From assembly GCA_002269645.1 (NCBI GenBank), contig NIVC01000317.1, positions 186,001 through 250,000 of the forward strand: a stretch of DNA of 64,000 nt, read 5' to 3'. Under the pieces are notes generated by a model. It saw nothing but the letters and a program-made list of their open reading frames with translations, had not been told where the DNA came from and did no database searches. The translations under genes were made by a program, and so were the position numbers. Within the stretch, counting starts at the first letter, position 1. Each line of letters opens with the position of its first letter. This document shows positions 60,305-64,000 of the stretch, in pieces. This DNA is from Macrostomum lignano (taxonomy: Eukaryota).

Positions 60305-61869
60305 TTGCTAGACAGCGGCAGCCGGAAAAACTTCCTTGGTTCGTCAACTTGGGCCGCTATTAGACGCCGTAATCCTCGTTGTACTATATCGCATGCTATT
60401 CCCGATTGCGTAACAATGTATGATGGGACGCAGCTCCCTCTTGCTTGTAAGGTGACCATCCCGGTGAAGTTTGGTGATATCGTCGCGGACACCGAATTCC
60501 TCGTCACGGTCTCCGATTGTGAAAACTTGCTTTGCGTATCGTTTATGCGAGAGCACTGCCAGAACTTGGACTTCGCTCAAGGAATGTTGAAGTTTAACAA
60601 TGGCGCGTGCATCCCCGTTCGCTATTCACGTCGTGAGCTTCAGACCTGCCGAGTGTAAACCCCATGAGAAGTGCACCCTGCCGCCTAGAAGTTCAGCGCT
60701 GCTTGCCGTCAGATTGGACGACGGCCACCCCGAGAATCGAGGATCGCCATCAATTGTCGACTGGTTAAGTCGAGGCTGTATTCCAGCTGCACCGCTCTGG
60801 AAGCAGCGCCTGCTCTGATGACGATGCCTAAAGGTCACGGCTACATTGAGGTCGTCAACACCGCCGACAGCGAGGTGTTCCTGCAAGCCGGTATCCGTGT
60901 TGGTGTTGCGACGCCACTCCGAACTGCCGACCTGATGTACCTGAGTGAGACGCCTGGACCTGAAGTGCGACACCTCCCGAAGAACTCTGAAGAGTCCAGC
61001 ACCGCATGACTAGATGAAGTCGAGATCAACAGCGAACTGTCCAAAGAACAACATTAGAGAGTGCGAGAACTACTAGTTGAATGTCAAGCGGCCTTCTCCA
61101 AGCACCTGCTAGACGACGCTGGCCTGACTCACCTGGTGACCCACGAGATCATCCTGAAGGACCGGACACCAGTTGCGCTACCACCGCGTCGAATCCCGCC
61201 TCATCTGAAGGACAAACTGGACGCCTTGCTTGATGAGATGCTGGCAAAGCACATCATTCGCCCTGCCTACTCGAGCTACAACTCGCCGATGCTCATCGTG
61301 CCCAAGAAAGACAGCAACATCCGACTGGTTCACGACTTCAGAGCTCTCAACGACCGGTGTGTATATCACCCTTATCCCTACCGCATATCCAGGAGACCTT
61401 TGCGAAGCTTCGTGGTGCTCAGTGGTATTCCAGCTTGGACCTTGCTCAAGGATTCTGGCAGATTCCACTGCGCGACTGCGACCAGCACTTGACAGCGTTC
61501 TCAGTGATCGACCGCGGCCAATTCTGCTTTAACTTTCTACCGATGGGTCTCCACGATAGTCCCGGCAACTTTCAGCGTTGCATTATTAAGCTCCTGGACG
61601 GCCTGACGCCAAAGACTGCGCTTAGCTACGTGGACGACATCGTGGTGCACTCAGTGACTTTCGAGGAACAGCTGGACAACTTGCGAACTGTACTCCAGCG
61701 CATCATCGCAGCCAATCTCAAAGTGAAACCGAAAAAGTGTCATTTGCTCCTCAAGGAGCTGCATTATTTAGGTCACGTCGTGACTCCCGACGGCCTGAAG
61801 ACCTGTGAGGACAAGATTGCGCAGATCATTGATTGTCCCGTGCCACAGTCCGTTACTCAACTGAGACGG
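60305..61869 (+). pseudogene. Gypsy pol: aspartic protease and reverse transcriptase with several frameshifts
   Basis: LLDSGS protease; SSYNSPMLIVPKKD, HDFRALN, SSLDLAQGFWQI, LPMGL, SYVDDIVV, LHYLGHVV; homology ends after PQSVTQLRR. Confidence 0.85.
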
Positions 61870-63590
61870 GTCTACGACGTTTGCCTGCGGGACGTTTGCC
61901 AGCCGGACATTTGTAGGCGGCAATTGGTTAAAGAAGTATGCCCTCTCTAGACTTACATGTACTTGCATTTGAAAACTGTGGACATAGCACTAATCTAATT
62001 CCACCTCGCTCCCTACTACCGCTATTAAATATACAGGTTACTAACAAACTACTGTTCAGGCTCATTGAAGTTATTGCTCTTGTCTGCCTAAATAGAAAGG
62101 TAAAAATACAAAATAGGAGTTTCCATCGTCACAGTTGATGTCTATGTACTCGTATGCCATGGAATGGCCCTTCCCATCTCATTGGCCAAACAAGCTAAGT
62201 GTTTACAAGCTAAATGGGAAAAGACTGAGACATCCATAATCGTATAGGCTTAGGTTCGCCTATATATACTTAACCCAAAAGCCTAACTCTGCTTAACGGA
62301 GTTTGGCCATGACAGCGTGAACTTGACAAGCTGCATTGGAATTAATTCACTTACTTTTGGATCTCCCAATGAACTGGGAAATATATAAGCCAGAATTATC
62401 GTTCAGAAGTTCTTTTATTTGCTCAAAACTTGGCTCACTGGACATTCCCATTTAAATTTGCGTGTCTTCATTCGCAGATCAAAAATCAAGCATCTCAAAC
62501 TGGGAGAAGCGATACAAAAGCGTCAGAAGTTAACTTTATAATATTTTCATATTCAAAGAAAATTTTGTTAAACTAGATGTTAGATTGATGAACTGCATAA
62601 TTTGTATAGATTTTGTTTTCGAACTTTTATACATATGAATAAGCGTCAAAATATTGGACTAAAAACCGGTGTAGTGCATGCGCCCTTGTCAGTTGGCAGG
62701 GCGCGTTGCACTTTGGGGCTGGTTGGGGGGGGGTTGGCGGGCGTGGCAGGGTCTGGCCGCCGGCTGGGCTTTGCGCGTGCCCCTCCCCAGCCGTGCCCCT
62801 GCCCCGTGCTCAGGGCTGGTTGGCTGCGGCTGGGCCAGCTTTGGCGCGGGTGCAGCCCCTCCCCCCTAGGCGGGGTTTTGATTGGCGGCCATTCTCTATT
62901 TTTGTTGGGGTAGCTTGCTTGGGTGGGCTTAGCCGGTGGGGCCATCGGCCCCAGGGTTTGGTTATTATTTAATGCGGCTCTGGGCCTTGCTCACGCCCTT
63001 CGCGCTGTTTTCTCTGTTTGCTCTGTTTGTTCTGTTTGTTCTGTTCGTGCTGTTTTGTGTTTTGAATTGGTGTGCTTGGAGAGTACAAGTGCGAGACTAG
63101 ACGGTTAAACAGCAATTCTAGCTATTGAATACGAGAAAAGAATCAGAAGAGCCTTAAGAAGAATCTTGGAAGTTAGAACCTGCACTGTACAACGAGCGAA
63201 TCAATAAACGTAACGGCGATTTGGCCACTGGTAAGCCGCCTGCTGCTTGAGTTCGTTCTTTTCTGGGAGCTTGTTAGGCTGAGTTCTTGCCAGAGCGTCA
63301 TAACGCCGGGAGATCATATAGCTTTTTGTAGTATTGTACCATCTACTCTATATAGTGTGTACAACCTACAGTATTGAAACTAGAAGCACTCGAGAGTGTC
63401 ACCACACCTCAAGTCGCAGCGTGAACTCGGAGTGTCACAACACCAGAGGGATCGAACTATTATCGCAGAGCGTCGTCACGCCTGCTCGTATTCATAAAAG
63501 TACAGACATAGCGTCACTACGCCTGTATATTACGTATAATATATATTGTACTCGGGACTGTGCACCCAAACCGACCCGAGTTACAACTCG
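61870..63590. other. Unassigned insertion(s) interrupting Gypsy pol between RT and RNase H
   Basis: No pol homology; contains a possible non-LTR C-terminal relic (LTGHSHLN near 62435), a GC-rich block and LTR-like sequence. Confidence 0.5.
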
Positions 63591-64000
63591 ACTCTTGAGC
63601 ATCAGGTAGCGTTCGACACTCTAAAGAAGTTGTGTTCGACTGAAGTTCTCGCTCTGCCAGAGTTTAACTCTGATCCTGCTGTGAATTTTTTCCTCGACAA
63701 GGATGCCTCAGATATTTGAATAGGCGCTTGCCTTGGACAACTGCAATCCGACGGCGTCAAACGTCCAATTGCATTCTTTAGCCGTAAACTTCGCGATCCC
63801 GAGAAGCGCTACATGGTCACGAAGAAAGAGCTGCTTGCAATTGTGGACGCTATGCGACATTTCCGTCATTATTTAATTGGCAAGAAGTTTGAAGTTCGAT
63901 CCGATCATAGGGCCTTACTGTGGTTACTGAACCAGACTCAGGCCACGGGTATTTTAGGCCGCTGGATTGAACGCCTAAGCGAGGTCCGCATCCAGCTCAA
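63591..64000 (+). pseudogene. Gypsy RNase H domain
   Basis: EHQVAFDTLKK...DASD*IGACLGQ...RPIAFFSRKL...ELLAIVDAMRHFRHYL...SDHRALLWL...RWIERL; contains a stop and a frameshift. Confidence 0.85.

Larger units (their letters stand above)
53502..64000 (+). mobile_element. Decayed Ty3/Gypsy LTR retrotransposon (continues beyond the window)
   Basis: TG start at 53502 where Crypton homology stops; LTR end CA at 58927 followed by a PBS; gag, protease, RT and RNase H in Gypsy order. Confidence 0.8.

Noticed and set aside
62602-63108. Overlapping GC-rich ORFs
   Set aside because: Explained by high GC content; no motifs.

Overview
Eukaryotic (metazoan) genomic DNA. The GC-rich, poly-Q/poly-A coding exons, satellite-filled introns and TE content suggest a flatworm such as Macrostomum (inference only). 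The left half (1-33.4 kb) holds three spliced host genes: the 3' end of a KIF12-like kinesin (+), a two-exon C2H2 zinc-finger gene (-), and a ~20-exon cytosolic carboxypeptidase AGBL2/CCP2-like gene (+). Most large introns of these genes carry their own mini- or microsatellite. The right half (35.4-64 kb) is a nested mobile-element island. It contains a minimal Polinton/Maverick (35992-49488; ~420-430 bp TIRs starting AGTAGT, 6-bp TSD TATAGC) with an intact integrase, a PC4-like gene and a probably spliced cargo gene, but no pPolB, ATPase, protease or capsid. The Polinton carries four head-to-tail Helitron-like units and is itself inserted in a deleted Crypton-type tyrosine recombinase gene. 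Two further Crypton copies follow, one near-intact and bounded by CCATAGAC...GTCTATGG. A decayed Ty3/Gypsy element is inserted in the third Crypton, and its LTR is split by an R2-type non-LTR retrotransposon flanked by degenerate halves of the 28S rDNA R2 target although no rDNA is present. All calls were made by manual reading and translation; no database searches were run.
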